A DNA stretch of 64,000 nucleotides from the NCBI GenBank assembly GCA_041287365.1, contig JBEULL010000030.1:11782-75781 (forward strand), in the 5' to 3' direction. This document shows positions 22,217-33,324 of this stretch, one piece after another (the stretch's first letter is position 1; every line of letters starts with the position of its first letter). The position numbers and the translations under genes are program-made. The notes beneath the pieces were generated by a model. That model saw only the letters and a program-made list of their open reading frames with translations. It was not told the DNA's origin and ran no database searches. The DNA is from Dissulfuribacterales bacterium (lineage in GTDB: Bacteria; Desulfobacterota; Dissulfuribacteria; Dissulfuribacterales; DYLC01).

Positions 22217-23515
22217 ATGTCCTACGAGATCATAGCCATAGGAGACGAACTGCTGCTGGGCTCCACCCTCAACACCACAAGTCACACTATCGCCCGTAAA
22301 CTGTTCGAGGCAGGCTGGACATGCCGGCGCATAACTACTGTGGGTGACGATATAGCTAATATTCAGGAGGTACTGCTCCCAGCCATAGCACGCACTGATT
22401 TTATCATTCTAACAGGCGGCCTTGGTCCGACCACCGATGACATCACATCAGAGGCCGCTGCCCATGCCTTGAACCTGCCTCTAACCATCAATGAAGATGT
22501 CCTGCACACACTGAACACACATAATGGATTTTCTCAAAAGATAAAGGAAAAACTGGCGGCCATGCCATTGGGCTCCGTGCCCCTGAAACCTGAAGGAGAC
22601 GCCTCGGGTTATTTCCTGATGCATGGCGGCATCCCTCTTTTCTTTCTTCCTGGTGTGCCTGGACAGGCCGTCGCCCTGTTACAGGAAAAGGTCATTCCAT
22701 GGCTGCAAAATCACCTGCCATCACAGACTGTTCATTACCGTATCATGCGGACATTCGGCCTCACTGAAACAGAGATTAACCGCCTGGTTTCTGCCTCGTC
22801 CATGCCCGAAAACATAACCATCGGATACTATCCTGTATTCCCGGAGGTTTTGATCTCCATGCTCTATAAAAGGCAAAAAAATGGATCGGCTGACTCCGTT
22901 TCAGATGAACATGGACTCGAGAATGCCCTGAATTTTTGGCGAAGGCTCGTATCCATGTTGAACAGACATGTAATTTGTGAAGGGGAAGATACGCTGGAGA
23001 CCGTTGTCGGCAATCTGCTGCTACAAAAAGGCGCCACTGTGGCCGTAGCTGAATCATGCACAGGCGGACTGATCGCAAGCCGCATAACATCCGTTGCAGG
23101 CAGTTCCCAATGGTTCGAACGAGGCGTGATAACATACAGCAATCAGGCCAAAATGGACATATTGAAGGTGCGGCAAGACACGTTGGAACAGTTCGGCGCT
23201 GTCAGTGAACAGACCGCCATTCAGATGGCGGAAGGCCTGCGCAGCCTTGCCGGAACCGATTACGCCATTGCAGTCACAGGTATAGCAGGACCTACCGGCG
23301 GCAGTTCACAGAAACCTACAGGCACCGTTTACATAGCTATAGCCGATTCAAAACAGACATTCTGCCGGCATTTTCTGTTTGCAGCAACCGAAAACGGCGG
23401 CAAGACCCTCACAAGAACCAGCATTCAGCAACTGACAGCCGAGACCGCCCTGGATTGGCTGCGTATCTCCCTGCAATATGGCGCGCATATTTATAGCTCT
23501 CGATATACCGAATGA
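22217..23515 (+). CDS. cinA: CinA-family competence/damage-inducible protein (NMN deamidase domain)
   Basis: IGDELL.G, TGGLGPTTDDIT, LPGVP, AESCTGG, TYSNQAK, VTGIAGP.GG. Confidence 0.94.
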   Translation: MSYEIIAIGDELLLGSTLNTTSHTIARKLFEAGWTCRRITTVGDDIANIQEVLLPAIARTDFIILTGGLGPTTDDITSEAAAHALNLPLTINEDVLHTLNTHNGFSQKIKEKLAAMPLGSVPLKPEGDASGYFLMHGGIPLFFLPGVPGQAVALLQEKVIPWLQNHLPSQTVHYRIMRTFGLTETEINRLVSASSMPENITIGYYPVFPEVLISMLYKRQKNGSADSVSDEHGLENALNFWRRLVSMLNRHVICEGEDTLETVVGNLLLQKGATVAVAESCTGGLIASRITSVAGSSQWFERGVITYSNQAKMDILKVRQDTLEQFGAVSEQTAIQMAEGLRSLAGTDYAIAVTGIAGPTGGSSQKPTGTVYIAIADSKQTFCRHFLFAATENGGKTLTRTSIQQLTAETALDWLRISLQYGAHIYSSRYTE

Positions 23516-24038
23516 GGTCAAGGCCATGCTGGGCCGCCTTATAAAAAGATGGCGGATAGGGCCACAGTCCACGGTTCGATGGGTCAATCCGCTTCAACTG
23601 CACATAACCCTGGCCTTCCTCGGCGACATAACAGATGAACTGCTGGAACGAGTCTGCAATGCCGCTCAAGACATAGCCTGCGCTACACATCCGTTTACCA
23701 TAGCCATTCACGGCACAGGGGTATTTCCAAGGCCGCAAAGCCCGCGTGTACTCTGGTGCGGATTCAGAGGGGATATTCGATTCATAGAAACCTTGCAAAA
23801 AGACATACAAACCGCCTTGGAAAGGCTTGGGCTACCCGTTGAAAAGCGGCCATTCAGTCCACATATAACATTGGGTCGTATTCGATTCGAATCGCCTTCG
23901 GCCTTCATTACGGAATTCCTACGTTCTCCATGTAAATCCGAACCATTCAATGTCCATGAAATGACAATATATAAAAGCAGGTTACTGGCAAGCGGACCGG
24001 AATATGAAAAACACAGACAATATCCTTTCACGGCATGA
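23478..24038 (+). CDS. thpR: RNA 2',3'-cyclic phosphodiesterase (2H family)
   Basis: RIFIAL and two HxT motifs (LHITLAFLG, PHITLGR). Confidence 0.93.
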   Translation: MARIFIALDIPNEVKAMLGRLIKRWRIGPQSTVRWVNPLQLHITLAFLGDITDELLERVCNAAQDIACATHPFTIAIHGTGVFPRPQSPRVLWCGFRGDIRFIETLQKDIQTALERLGLPVEKRPFSPHITLGRIRFESPSAFITEFLRSPCKSEPFNVHEMTIYKSRLLASGPEYEKHRQYPFTA

Positions 24039-24177
24039 GCCATAAGCAAATACATCAAAAAACTGTCGATATTTTCATTAAGATATGTTAATTGTAAAAA
24101 ACATCATAAAGACTGCCTGAAGCGCTGGCATGCTTCTTGATGGATCTGATAATTGCGATTGGAGTCGGAAAATATCC

Positions 24178-24690
24178 ATGACTGATGCAAGTTCCACCAT
24201 TCAAGACGGCACAACCCAATATACCCCCCTGAAAGTCCTTGTCCTGCTCATAGCAGGCCGTGAAAGCGCCATAGAGCTATCTCAAGTCAAAGAGATATTA
24301 CCTGCCGCGCACACCGAATACCTGCCCAATGCAGTCCCATCAATCACAGGCATACTGAACGTCAGAGGGGACGTAATCCCTATCGTTGATCTCAAATACT
24401 TTCTTTCTGAGGAATACCAGGCGCTCGACACCAGCGCATCAAATCCTAAAATCGTTCTGGTGGAGTCCGAATGCGGCCCTCACGGCCTGATGGTCAATTC
24501 CGTCTTGAGAGTGGAAGACGGTCTGTGGGAGACACACGCTCCATCCGACAGCCTGAAATACATACAACGGGAAAACATACTTTTTACAAAAGCCATAACG
24601 AATTCAAAAGGCTACAGCTTACCTGTCATCGACATTCAAAAGATCATAGCCCATATAGCAAGAATAAAACAAGACTCGACACAAACATAA
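24178..24690 (+). CDS. cheW: Chemotaxis coupling protein CheW
   Basis: [34 protein letters not shown]; precedes an MCP. Confidence 0.88.
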   Translation: MTDASSTIQDGTTQYTPLKVLVLLIAGRESAIELSQVKEILPAAHTEYLPNAVPSITGILNVRGDVIPIVDLKYFLSEEYQALDTSASNPKIVLVESECGPHGLMVNSVLRVEDGLWETHAPSDSLKYIQRENILFTKAITNSKGYSLPVIDIQKIIAHIARIKQDSTQT

Positions 24691-24725
24691 CCAGTATAAT
24701 ATATTTCTCATGGAGGGAGCATGAT

Positions 24726-27104
24726 ATGTTCAATTTATTCAATGTAAGCTTGAAGGTTAAACTCTTTGGCATAGTGGCTGTAATTGGTTTATTGATACTT
24801 GCAGCCAACGCCCTTTATACCTGGTACAGCACCATTCCACTGAAAGAAACAGAGATAAAAAACCGTATAGGTGTCTCTGCAAAATTATTACAGGAAGACA
24901 TCAATAAATGGTTCGATATAGGCAAAACCAACATAGTTGCCATAGCAGGTAACGGTACGCTTTCAAAGGCGCTCATAGAGAACAATCGTGAACTGGCGTT
25001 GAATCGCCTTTACAGCATGTTCGAAGACTATGACAAAATAGGCCTCAAAAACCTCAAGGTTCAGATTCATACGGCAGACATACACTCTTTTCTGCGTTCG
25101 TGGGCTCCAGATAGACATGGAGACGACCTGAAGGCATTCCGCAATTCCATCGTACAATTGAAGGCCACCAAAAAACCCTATTCTTTTTTTGAGGTGGGTA
25201 GAGACGGTCTGGCGCTGCGCAGCATAGCTCCCATAATTCGCGACAACGACTATGTCGGCTCCATAGAAATGCTTATGGGACTGGATATCATAGCCAAGGA
25301 CATGAAGGCGGAAAAGATACTCTATGCCACCCTACTCAAAGAAGATGTGGCCAAACTGGGCACCATAATAAGTGAACAGACCAAGACGGGCGGCGGCTAT
25401 GTCATAGCCAACGACAAGTGGTTCGATGATGCAGTCAGAAACCTGGCAAAGACCACCAATTACAACGAACTCGCATCCAAAGGCTATGTACTCACCGACA
25501 AATATCTCATCACCTCCATTCCACTCGTGGACTACGAGGGCAAAGTTATAGGCCTGCATCTGTTGGCCGAAGACGCCAACGCCCTAAATGAAAGCCTGAA
25601 CAACCTTTTTATAGATCGATTCAAATTCACAGGCGCATTGGCGGTCTATATATTCATTATGGGGACAGCCATAGCTGTCTTCTTCAACATGGTTATGATT
25701 CGACCCATCACAGAAACAGCATCCGCCATTCAGGTCATAACCAAGTATATGGACATCACTAAACGTGTGAAGGTGGCATACCGTGATGAAATAGGCATCA
25801 TGGCTGAATCCATCAACACCTTCCTTGACGCCCTTCAGAATACATTCAAAGACATAAAGACAACGGTAGCAGACGTCACACAGGCCAGCCAGAACGTGCA
25901 TACAAGTGCGCAACTGATTTCAGAAACAGCGGCATCTCAGGCTGAAAAGGCCAAAGATGTGTTGCAACGCGTCATGCTGATGGGACAGACAGCTACCGAG
26001 GTTGCCGAGCACGCCGAATCCTCCGCACAACTTTCAAAAGAAACCGCTGCCATCATAGAGCAAATGGCCACGGCCACACAGAAAATCGCAGAGATATCCT
26101 CTCAAGGCAAAGAGGTCTCCAGTACTGCAATTCAGACGGTCATCGCCATGGGTGAGACAGCAAAAGAGGTCCAGGCAAGGGCATTGGCCCAGTCCGAGGC
26201 CGCCAACAAGACGGCTCAGTCTCTGAATGACATGTCCAAACAACTGCAAAGAATGGCCGAAGAGGCACAGCAGTCCGCCAAAGAGGCACAAGATACCCTG
26301 TTATCCTCCACGGATGCAAAAGAGGCTATGGACAAGACCGTGCAAAGCATGGAGGCCATCGCGGACAGCTCGGAACAGGTCAAAGATATCGTAGCCTTGA
26401 TCTCAGACATAGCAGAGCAGACCAACCTTCTGGCCTTGAACGCCGCCATCGAGGCTGCTCGAGCAGGCGAGCATGGCCGTGGTTTTGCAGTCGTTGCAGA
26501 GGAAATCCGTAAACTGGCTGAAAGGACCGCTGAATCCACAAAAGAGATAGCTGAACTCATCAAACAGAGTACTGCAGCTATCACAGAGGGTCGAGCGCTG
26601 ACTCAAAAGACAGCCGCGGTCTTTGAACGCATCATTCAAAATATTGAAAGCACCTCACATCTCGTCATAGACATCTCCTCGACCACGATTCAACAGGCAG
26701 CCGGCACAACAGAACTGCTGAAAGAAACAGACAGGCTCAAAGAGGCGTCCAGCAGCATCGTGGAAATGACCAACAAACAGGCAGTACGCAGAAAGCTGGC
26801 CGAGGATTCGATTCAACAGGTCATATCGGTCAGTGATGACATCATGGATTCGGCTCACAATACCAACACTATATCCCGAACGGCGGTGGAAGGCGTTGGA
26901 CGAGTCGTGTTGAACTCCATGGAGATCACCAGCAGGACCAGCAAACAGAGGGAGCGGAGTGCTATCCTGCAGAAGGTCATGGCCGATATCGCTGAGACCG
27001 CCAAACAGAACGCCGAGAGTGCCGAGACCACTCTTGCCCTCATGGATAAGCTGCTCGAAAAGGCCAAGGCGGTGCAAGAAGAGATATCGAGGTTCAAGGT
27101 GTAG
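24726..27104 (+). CDS. Methyl-accepting chemotaxis protein (Cache sensor, HAMP, extended signalling domain)
   Basis: Two TMs, SFLRSW...FEVGR.GL Cache-type segment, [45 protein letters not shown]; GGAGG SD before ATG 24726. Confidence 0.96.
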   Translation: MFNLFNVSLKVKLFGIVAVIGLLILAANALYTWYSTIPLKETEIKNRIGVSAKLLQEDINKWFDIGKTNIVAIAGNGTLSKALIENNRELALNRLYSMFEDYDKIGLKNLKVQIHTADIHSFLRSWAPDRHGDDLKAFRNSIVQLKATKKPYSFFEVGRDGLALRSIAPIIRDNDYVGSIEMLMGLDIIAKDMKAEKILYATLLKEDVAKLGTIISEQTKTGGGYVIANDKWFDDAVRNLAKTTNYNELASKGYVLTDKYLITSIPLVDYEGKVIGLHLLAEDANALNESLNNLFIDRFKFTGALAVYIFIMGTAIAVFFNMVMIRPITETASAIQVITKYMDITKRVKVAYRDEIGIMAESINTFLDALQNTFKDIKTTVADVTQASQNVHTSAQLISETAASQAEKAKDVLQRVMLMGQTATEVAEHAESSAQLSKETAAIIEQMATATQKIAEISSQGKEVSSTAIQTVIAMGETAKEVQARALAQSEAANKTAQSLNDMSKQLQRMAEEAQQSAKEAQDTLLSSTDAKEAMDKTVQSMEAIADSSEQVKDIVALISDIAEQTNLLALNAAIEAARAGEHGRGFAVVAEEIRKLAERTAESTKEIAELIKQSTAAITEGRALTQKTAAVFERIIQNIESTSHLVIDISSTTIQQAAGTTELLKETDRLKEASSSIVEMTNKQAVRRKLAEDSIQQVISVSDDIMDSAHNTNTISRTAVEGVGRVVLNSMEITSRTSKQRERSAILQKVMADIAETAKQNAESAETTLALMDKLLEKAKAVQEEISRFKV

Positions 27105-27137
27105 GGAGAAAAACAGTACAAGAGAAGACAGACACAT

Positions 27138-27169
27138 AAATAACAGGGGCGTTGCAAAATACGCCCCTG
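27138..27169 (-). terminator. Stem-loop between convergent MCP and tsaE
   Basis: Perfect 9-bp stem CAGGGGCGT/ACGCCCCTG (27144-27169) followed by TTATTT on the minus strand. Confidence 0.6.
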
Positions 27170-27216
27170 CCTATCTCTTGCGGCAGCCAATTCCAACCGG
27201 CTCCTAAAAGGATATA

Positions 27217-27663
27217 TTAATGCATTGAGATTTCTATCTCCCTCTCTTCTTTTCCCATCCATAAAATATGAATAGCGATCGCATGGTCTCTCTCAACTAA
27301 TCTTGCAAAATCAGGGCAATGTTCCGGCCATTCCACAGCCAAAATCCATTTGCCGTCCAGATATTCATACAACCCGATTTCCTCAAGGCCCTCTTCGGAA
27401 ATATTCGGGCCAAGGCGATAGAGGTCTGCATGCGCCAATGGAATAACGCCTTCTTTATACTCGTGAATGAGCCCGAAACTCGGGCTGGTCACTCTGCGTT
27501 CCTCAATGCCAAGACCTGCGGCAATGCCCTTTACAAAAGCGGTTTTTCCTGCCCCCAGATCGCCGGACAGAAGCAATACATCGCCTGGCAGCAAGGTTTT
27601 GGCGAGTTCCATGCCGATTTTACATGTCTCCGAAGGGCTGTGGGATATGAACGTCCGTTTCAT
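27217..27663 (-). CDS. tsaE: tRNA threonylcarbamoyladenosine biosynthesis ATPase
   Basis: GDLGAGKT, VTSPSF, HADLYRL, VEW. Confidence 0.96.
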   Translation of the reverse strand: MKRTFISHSPSETCKIGMELAKTLLPGDVLLLSGDLGAGKTAFVKGIAAGLGIEERRVTSPSFGLIHEYKEGVIPLAHADLYRLGPNISEEGLEEIGLYEYLDGKWILAVEWPEHCPDFARLVERDHAIAIHILWMGKEEREIEISMH

Positions 27664-28406
27664 TTAATCAGCCGATTCTTGAGAAGTCTCAATGCGATCA
27701 TGGCGAGAAAAATCGCATATGAGATCAAGACCAGCAGATGCAGCCAACAATTATCCGTTGCACCATAGGTCAACCCCCTGTACAGCATAACCGCATGAGA
27801 GAGAGGCAGTACCAGAAACACCGCCTTGAGTGCTGAGTGCAGAGAATCCATGGGAAAGAGAATACCTGAGAATAAAAACAATGGGTTGATAAACAAGGTC
27901 ATAAAATAATTGAAAAACTCATAGCTTTGGGCTATGGCGGTCATGATGACGCCGCAGGAGGCAAATATGATACCCTCCAGAAACAACAAAAACGGAACTA
28001 AAAAAGTCCATAAAGACGGCTTGATACCAAACAAAGGAAACAGAGCAATCATGATGACACCTGAAATGAGCCCCTTGGTGGCACCCCACAATATCTCTCC
28101 CAGGGCCAGGTCATAGACCGAAACCGGTGTCATGAGAATGGCCTCATAGGTCTTCTGTGTCGCAAGCCGGGTATAAGAGCCGTAGGTGGTCTCCAATGCC
28201 GCACTGAACATCACGGCGGATGCAGCCAGGCCCGGGGCAATGAACTCCAGATAATTCATTCCTGCCAACACCGGCATGGTCCTGCCCAGCCCGTAGCCCA
28301 TGGCGACCAGGAAAAGAAACGGCTCCCCCAGATTTCCTATTATGCTGGCCTTGAAGTGCTTACGCCAGACCATGGCATTTCTTTTCCATACCTTTAAGGC
28401 CAGCAT
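27660..28406 (-). CDS. ABC-2 permease, NodJ-like
   Basis: EPFLFLVAMGYGLG, YLEFIAPG, FSGILFP, LPLSHAV. Confidence 0.9.
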   Translation of the reverse strand: MLALKVWKRNAMVWRKHFKASIIGNLGEPFLFLVAMGYGLGRTMPVLAGMNYLEFIAPGLAASAVMFSAALETTYGSYTRLATQKTYEAILMTPVSVYDLALGEILWGATKGLISGVIMIALFPLFGIKPSLWTFLVPFLLFLEGIIFASCGVIMTAIAQSYEFFNYFMTLFINPLFLFSGILFPMDSLHSALKAVFLVLPLSHAVMLYRGLTYGATDNCWLHLLVLISYAIFLAMIALRLLKNRLIK

Positions 28407-28408
28407 AT

Positions 28409-29356
28409 TTAATTCTCCCTTAATTCGTTGCCGGTCAGTCTCAAAAACAGATCCTCCAGTCCGGCCGGCCTACGAGTGACATGTGACTGCCCCAATACAA
28501 GGGCATCCAGTTCGGGGCAGGCCTCTCTCACAAATATACGCAGTACATCCTGACCTGTCTCGAAGTCTGCCTTACAGGAGGCAAGAAGGGGTTCAAGCCG
28601 TGTCAATTGTTCACGGCTGCCTCTAATCTCATAGACCTCCCTGCCCACGTGCCGCTGCACAAGCGTCTCAGGGATACCGTAGGCCACAGCCTTGCCGCCA
28701 TCCATGATCAACACCTGTGTGGCCAGCTTGGAAACCTCTTCCATGTAATGACTGGTCAAAAGCATGGTAGTGCCGTTTTTACGCAGCATCTCCAGACAGT
28801 CCCAGATAAGTCTTCTGGCCTGTGGATCGAGACCTATGGTCGGTTCATCAAGAATCAGCATATCTGGATTATTGATAAGAGCGCGAGCTATGAGAAGCCT
28901 ACGCCTCTGCCCGCCTGAAAATGCAGAGATAATTTCATTTTTGCGGTTTTTGAGGGCAAAAAAATCCAGCAACTCATCAGCCCTGGCCGAGGCAGTGGTG
29001 TAGTCTATACCGAAATAGGAGGCATAGACCGTCAGATTCTCAATGGCTGTGAGATCGGGGTCCAGGTTGTCCATCTGAGGAGCTACTCCTATACGTTGCT
29101 TCAATTCAGAGAGATGCCGCGCTGCATTCACGCCAAAAAAATAGATGTCTCCGCTCATAGGCGTCACCAACCCCAGAAGCATGTGAATGGTAGTGGTTTT
29201 ACCTGCGCCATTCGGTCCAAGCAGACCAAGGCACTCGCCTTTTCTTACCACAAAATCAAGGCCATGCACCGCCACACGTTCTCCAAAGGCCTTACGCAGG
29301 CCTTGAATCTCCAGGAGAACCGCCGCATCGTTCAGTGTATCCGCTTTCGGTTCCAT
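28409..29356 (-). CDS. ABC transporter ATP-binding protein, NodI-like
   Basis: GPNGAGKTT, PQMDNLDPDLT, SGGQRRR, LDEPTIGLDPQAR. Confidence 0.92.
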   Translation of the reverse strand: MEPKADTLNDAAVLLEIQGLRKAFGERVAVHGLDFVVRKGECLGLLGPNGAGKTTTIHMLLGLVTPMSGDIYFFGVNAARHLSELKQRIGVAPQMDNLDPDLTAIENLTVYASYFGIDYTTASARADELLDFFALKNRKNEIISAFSGGQRRRLLIARALINNPDMLILDEPTIGLDPQARRLIWDCLEMLRKNGTTMLLTSHYMEEVSKLATQVLIMDGGKAVAYGIPETLVQRHVGREVYEIRGSREQLTRLEPLLASCKADFETGQDVLRIFVREACPELDALVLGQSHVTRRPAGLEDLFLRLTGNELREN

Positions 29357-29361
29357 ATTGC

Positions 29362-30762
29362 TCAGTCCTTCATCTCCTCGATCCTGTCTTCCAATCCAAG
29401 CTGCTGTATCTTTCTGTGCAGATGACGTCTTTCTATACCGATGGCCTCGGCGGTCTTCGTGATATTGCCGTTGTTCTCCGCAAGCTTCTTGGCTATATAT
29501 TCCCGCTCGAACATGGCCTTGGCGCTTCGAAAGTCCTCACAATACAACATGGTGCATGGCATCTCATGGGCATCCACTCGGCTTCTGGAAGCTGCACGAT
29601 AGGATTGGGGCAGGTCATCACATGTGAGGACGTCATGCCTTGACAGAATGACCATACGTTCCGCCAGATTGCGCAATTCCCGCACATTTCCAGGCCAATT
29701 ATATGCCTGAAGGCATTCGTATATCTTTGCATCGATCTTCAGGGGTTCTTTCCCCATCTTTCTGGCAAAACCGGCCACAAACGTCTCCAGAAGCAAGGGG
29801 ATATCCTCTATGCGCTCCCTCAGAGGTGGAATCTCTATGGGTATTACATTGAGCCGGTAATACAGGTCTTCCCTGAACCTGCCTTCGGCTATCTCTTTTT
29901 CCATATCCTTGTTGGTAGCCGCTATGATGCGCACATCCACGAATATGGTCTTGTTGCCACCCACCCGCTCGAAACGCTGCTCCTGAAGGATACGCAACAC
30001 CTTCGCCTGAGTCTTGAGGCTCATGTCGCCTATCTCATCCAGGAATAAAGCGCCGCCATTGGCAAGATCGAACTTACCCCGCTTCGTGACACCTGCGCCG
30101 GTAAACGCCCCTTTTTCGTAACCGAACAACTCGCTTTCTATCAGCTCTTCCGGAATGGCAGCGCAGTTCACCTCGACAAGGGGTTTGTGACTGCGTTTGC
30201 TCATGCGATGAATGGTCTGGGCCACCAATTCCTTGCCGGTACCGTTTTCACCACGAATCAGAACCCATGCGTCAGTGGGTGCAATGATGGTAATCTGTTC
30301 CTTCAGCTTCAACATCACAGGGCTCATACCGATTATGTCCTGCACAGACGCATCGGTATGCTGGCGGAGAATGACATTTTCATCCTCCAATTCCTTGTAT
30401 TTCAGGGCATTTGCCACGGAAAGCAAAAGGGCTTCGTATGAAAGGGGTTTTTCAATGAAATCATGGGCCCCCATGCGAGTAGCCTTTACAGCGGTCTCGA
30501 TGGTGCCGTGCCCTGTCATGATAACCACTGGCAGAAAAGGCCAATCCTTTTTGACCCGTTGCAAGACCTCCAGGCCATCCATGCCGGGCATCCAGATGTC
30601 CAGCACCACCAGGTCAACAGGAACCGTCTTCAATACCTCGAGACATGCTTTACCGCTCGACACAACCGTCACCTCGTAGCCTTCATCCTCCAGAATGCCC
30701 TTCACACTATCGAGAATGGTGTTTTCGTCATCCACTACCAATATTCGTTTTTTCACAACCAT
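29362..30762 (-). CDS. Sigma-54-dependent response regulator, NtrX-like
   Basis: Receiver ([10 protein letters not shown]), [23 protein letters not shown]-terminal Fis HTH. Confidence 0.94.
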   Translation of the reverse strand: MVVKKRILVVDDENTILDSVKGILEDEGYEVTVVSSGKACLEVLKTVPVDLVVLDIWMPGMDGLEVLQRVKKDWPFLPVVIMTGHGTIETAVKATRMGAHDFIEKPLSYEALLLSVANALKYKELEDENVILRQHTDASVQDIIGMSPVMLKLKEQITIIAPTDAWVLIRGENGTGKELVAQTIHRMSKRSHKPLVEVNCAAIPEELIESELFGYEKGAFTGAGVTKRGKFDLANGGALFLDEIGDMSLKTQAKVLRILQEQRFERVGGNKTIFVDVRIIAATNKDMEKEIAEGRFREDLYYRLNVIPIEIPPLRERIEDIPLLLETFVAGFARKMGKEPLKIDAKIYECLQAYNWPGNVRELRNLAERMVILSRHDVLTCDDLPQSYRAASRSRVDAHEMPCTMLYCEDFRSAKAMFEREYIAKKLAENNGNITKTAEAIGIERRHLHRKIQQLGLEDRIEEMKD

Positions 30763-30865
30763 AACCTCACAGAAAATACATAAAAACACCCACAAAACGA
30801 GTAGCTAGGCCTTCGGCAAGTTGTGCGGAATACGACATAGGACCGGCATAGGTTACAAAGGAGCT

Positions 30866-32977
30866 TCATAAGAGATTGTCCACAAAATTGAAACGTCTTC
30901 CCATATGAAAGGCCGTCGTCCAATCTCGGCGCCTACGGAACTCGGGCAGACGTCTTCGTGCAGGCCAAAACCTGAGATCTATCACCTGCACCGTTATGCC
31001 CATCTCCTGTATTCGATTCTGAAGATTGAACAGGGAAAACGGCTTGTCAGGCAGACAACAACCTGTCTGGAATGTATTCCGCCACCAGAACACCTCACCT
31101 TTCGGGCTTATGATTTCAACACGCTCCGGCCGTTCAAATAATTTGACACGACTGATAAAAAGTGGCAGATAACCGAATATGGTCATGCTCACGGCCATGG
31201 ACCTCGCATTGGACAGCGCAATGGCCAGATTTCTCTCATCCGTCTCCACGGAAAACATGGCATTTTTCACGCCCAGGTCCCTAACCGCCTGCAACGACTG
31301 GGAATTCAGAAGATTCATGGCATAGCCGCTCCAGAGTTCCACACCGTGGCCGCGCACATTTGTGGCAAGATGCTGTAACCATGCTATATGACTCAAATTG
31401 TTCACCATAAAAAACCGATGGCCCATGCGCAACAGGCGTAAAACCTGCTGTTCCATGAGACGCAGGTCATTTTCATAAGTAATGGCCGGAATGGACCAGC
31501 AGACCTCATTCCTCCAGTGTCTTAGAAAAAAATTCGTGTATTTCGCATTCAATTCCACGATAATGCCGCGAGGGCTCAATGCCCTGGCCATCTCCAGCAT
31601 GGCAGGACTTTGAAGCCTGACCCATAATTCATGTCTCTTACGAGAAACGGCCGCTTGCGGCGGCGCAGCCTTTTGCTCCGTCAGTTGCTTCATGAGCCGC
31701 GCGGCATTGTCATGCGCTTTTTTTTCACATATCTTTCCTTCCGCAACCAGACCCTGCCAGCGGTCCTTCCATGAACTCGTATCGAAAAAAGGCGCACCCA
31801 ATGCCTGTTGCGCACGCTGATCCGTCTTGAAGACAAGCGAATTCACGGGAACAGCCGCTGATCTGTGACTGAAAATACGAAAAAGACCATCACTGTCCCT
31901 TTCCACAGAATGGCAGGTAAATGAAAGCTGTTCCATTACATCAGGGAAAACTATACGCAATCTATCGCCTTTCTGCACAATGGAATCGGTCCTGACACAC
32001 AACGCACCGTTTTTTTGTGCCGTCACCCGTCCGAGGTACTTACCTGTATTAGCGGTCCTGCCGGCATTCAGTACGTCTTTCGGAGTATCGGTCTGAAAAA
32101 AACCCCGCGCATAATCCCTTCCCATGGCATCGTTAAGTAACGCCCTGGACTCCTGCAAAACCTCGTGATACATCTCCGGCCGGGTATTCCGAAGCGGTAG
32201 GGCATTCAGTAGTATTCTGTATGCCCTAATCACGGCCCCCACATAACTTGCAGGCTTCAATCTGCCCTCTATCTTAACGGAGGTTACGCCCATATCTGCC
32301 AGATCGGGCAGCACATCAATGCCACACAGATCGAGCATGGAAAAATGAAATCCCTTAACTCCGTTCACATCGTACTGCCTTCGACATGGCTGCACACACC
32401 TACCCCGCATGCTGGATTTTCCGCCAAAATAACTGCTCATGAGGCAACTGCCGGAACAGGTGAAACACATGGCGCCGTGCACAAATACCTCGATCTCCAC
32501 ATTAGCTGCATTGACCGCCTGCTGAATCTCATGCAGAGTCATTTCACGAGCCAATACCACACGTTTGAAACCCATCTGTTCTGCCTGCCTTACACCCCAA
32601 GAATTATGAATGCCAGTAAGTGTACTGACATGCAATCTGAGATCAGGGAAATATAGTCTTGCAAGCCTCCAGACGGCCAAGTCTTGAATGATTAAGGCAT
32701 CCACGCCTGCCTCGTGCAACCCTGCAAGCGATTCCATAACAACTGGCAGTTCCGTCTCTTTCACAAGGGAATTCAATGCCACAAAGAGTTTCACCCCTGC
32801 CTCGTGGGCAAGAGTGGTAAGGGCAGACACTTCGGCAAGAGAAAAATTCGTGGCCAAGGCACGTGCATTCAATGTCTTGAGCCCCACATAAACGGCATCG
32901 GCACCGTTTTCTATGGCGCTGAAAAAGGCCTCTCTTGTACCGGCAGGCGCCAGGAGTTCCATCTTCTTTAAGGCCAT
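30866..32977 (-). CDS. U32-family peptidase/RNA hydroxylase (RlhA-like)
   Basis: ELLAPAG, GADAVYVG, EVFVHGAMC...SG.C, RGRCVQPCR, KIEGR. Start placed at MALKK. Confidence 0.9.
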   Translation of the reverse strand: MALKKMELLAPAGTREAFFSAIENGADAVYVGLKTLNARALATNFSLAEVSALTTLAHEAGVKLFVALNSLVKETELPVVMESLAGLHEAGVDALIIQDLAVWRLARLYFPDLRLHVSTLTGIHNSWGVRQAEQMGFKRVVLAREMTLHEIQQAVNAANVEIEVFVHGAMCFTCSGSCLMSSYFGGKSSMRGRCVQPCRRQYDVNGVKGFHFSMLDLCGIDVLPDLADMGVTSVKIEGRLKPASYVGAVIRAYRILLNALPLRNTRPEMYHEVLQESRALLNDAMGRDYARGFFQTDTPKDVLNAGRTANTGKYLGRVTAQKNGALCVRTDSIVQKGDRLRIVFPDVMEQLSFTCHSVERDSDGLFRIFSHRSAAVPVNSLVFKTDQRAQQALGAPFFDTSSWKDRWQGLVAEGKICEKKAHDNAARLMKQLTEQKAAPPQAAVSRKRHELWVRLQSPAMLEMARALSPRGIIVELNAKYTNFFLRHWRNEVCWSIPAITYENDLRLMEQQVLRLLRMGHRFFMVNNLSHIAWLQHLATNVRGHGVELWSGYAMNLLNSQSLQAVRDLGVKNAMFSVETDERNLAIALSNARSMAVSMTIFGYLPLFISRVKLFERPERVEIISPKGEVFWWRNTFQTGCCLPDKPFSLFNLQNRIQEMGITVQVIDLRFWPARRRLPEFRRRRDWTTAFHMGRRFNFVDNLL

Positions 32978-33101
32978 TTTTCCGCCAGGCGTGCTCCTTT
33001 CTAAAGGTTCAGACCCTTGAGACAGCGCCTCACGGCCAATGAGTGAAATGGTCTTATTCAAGGCCTGCGGCCCAACCTGCCTTTCAAGAATAAAGGCACG
33101 G

Positions 33102-33314
33102 CTATGAGGACGACGGGGCATAGTTTATTTCGACCAGCAGGTCCTGAATCGCCTTTTCCGAGGCAGGAGGGTCATATACGACCATTAATCTCTTTCGCTC
33201 CACATCCACTTGAACGGATTTGATACCTTCCAGTTCCATGAGTTCCATCTGAATGGTATGGGCACAGTGTTTACAGGAGATACGGGGGATATAAGCCGAA
33301 TAGGTATTGGACAT
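33102..33314 (-). CDS. Heavy-metal-associated (CopZ-like) chaperone
   Basis: 70 aa with ISCKHC metal motif. Confidence 0.88.
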   Translation of the reverse strand: MSNTYSAYIPRISCKHCAHTIQMELMELEGIKSVQVDVERKRLMVVYDPPASEKAIQDLLVEINYAPSSS

Positions 33315-33324
33315 GACAGCCTCC

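Noticed and set aside
24471-24725. ORF-track N-terminal extensions (MCP, U32, znuB, thyX, metallophosphoesterase)
   Set aside because: They overlap neighbouring genes or repeats; downstream ATGs with SD sequences or family-typical N-termini fit better.
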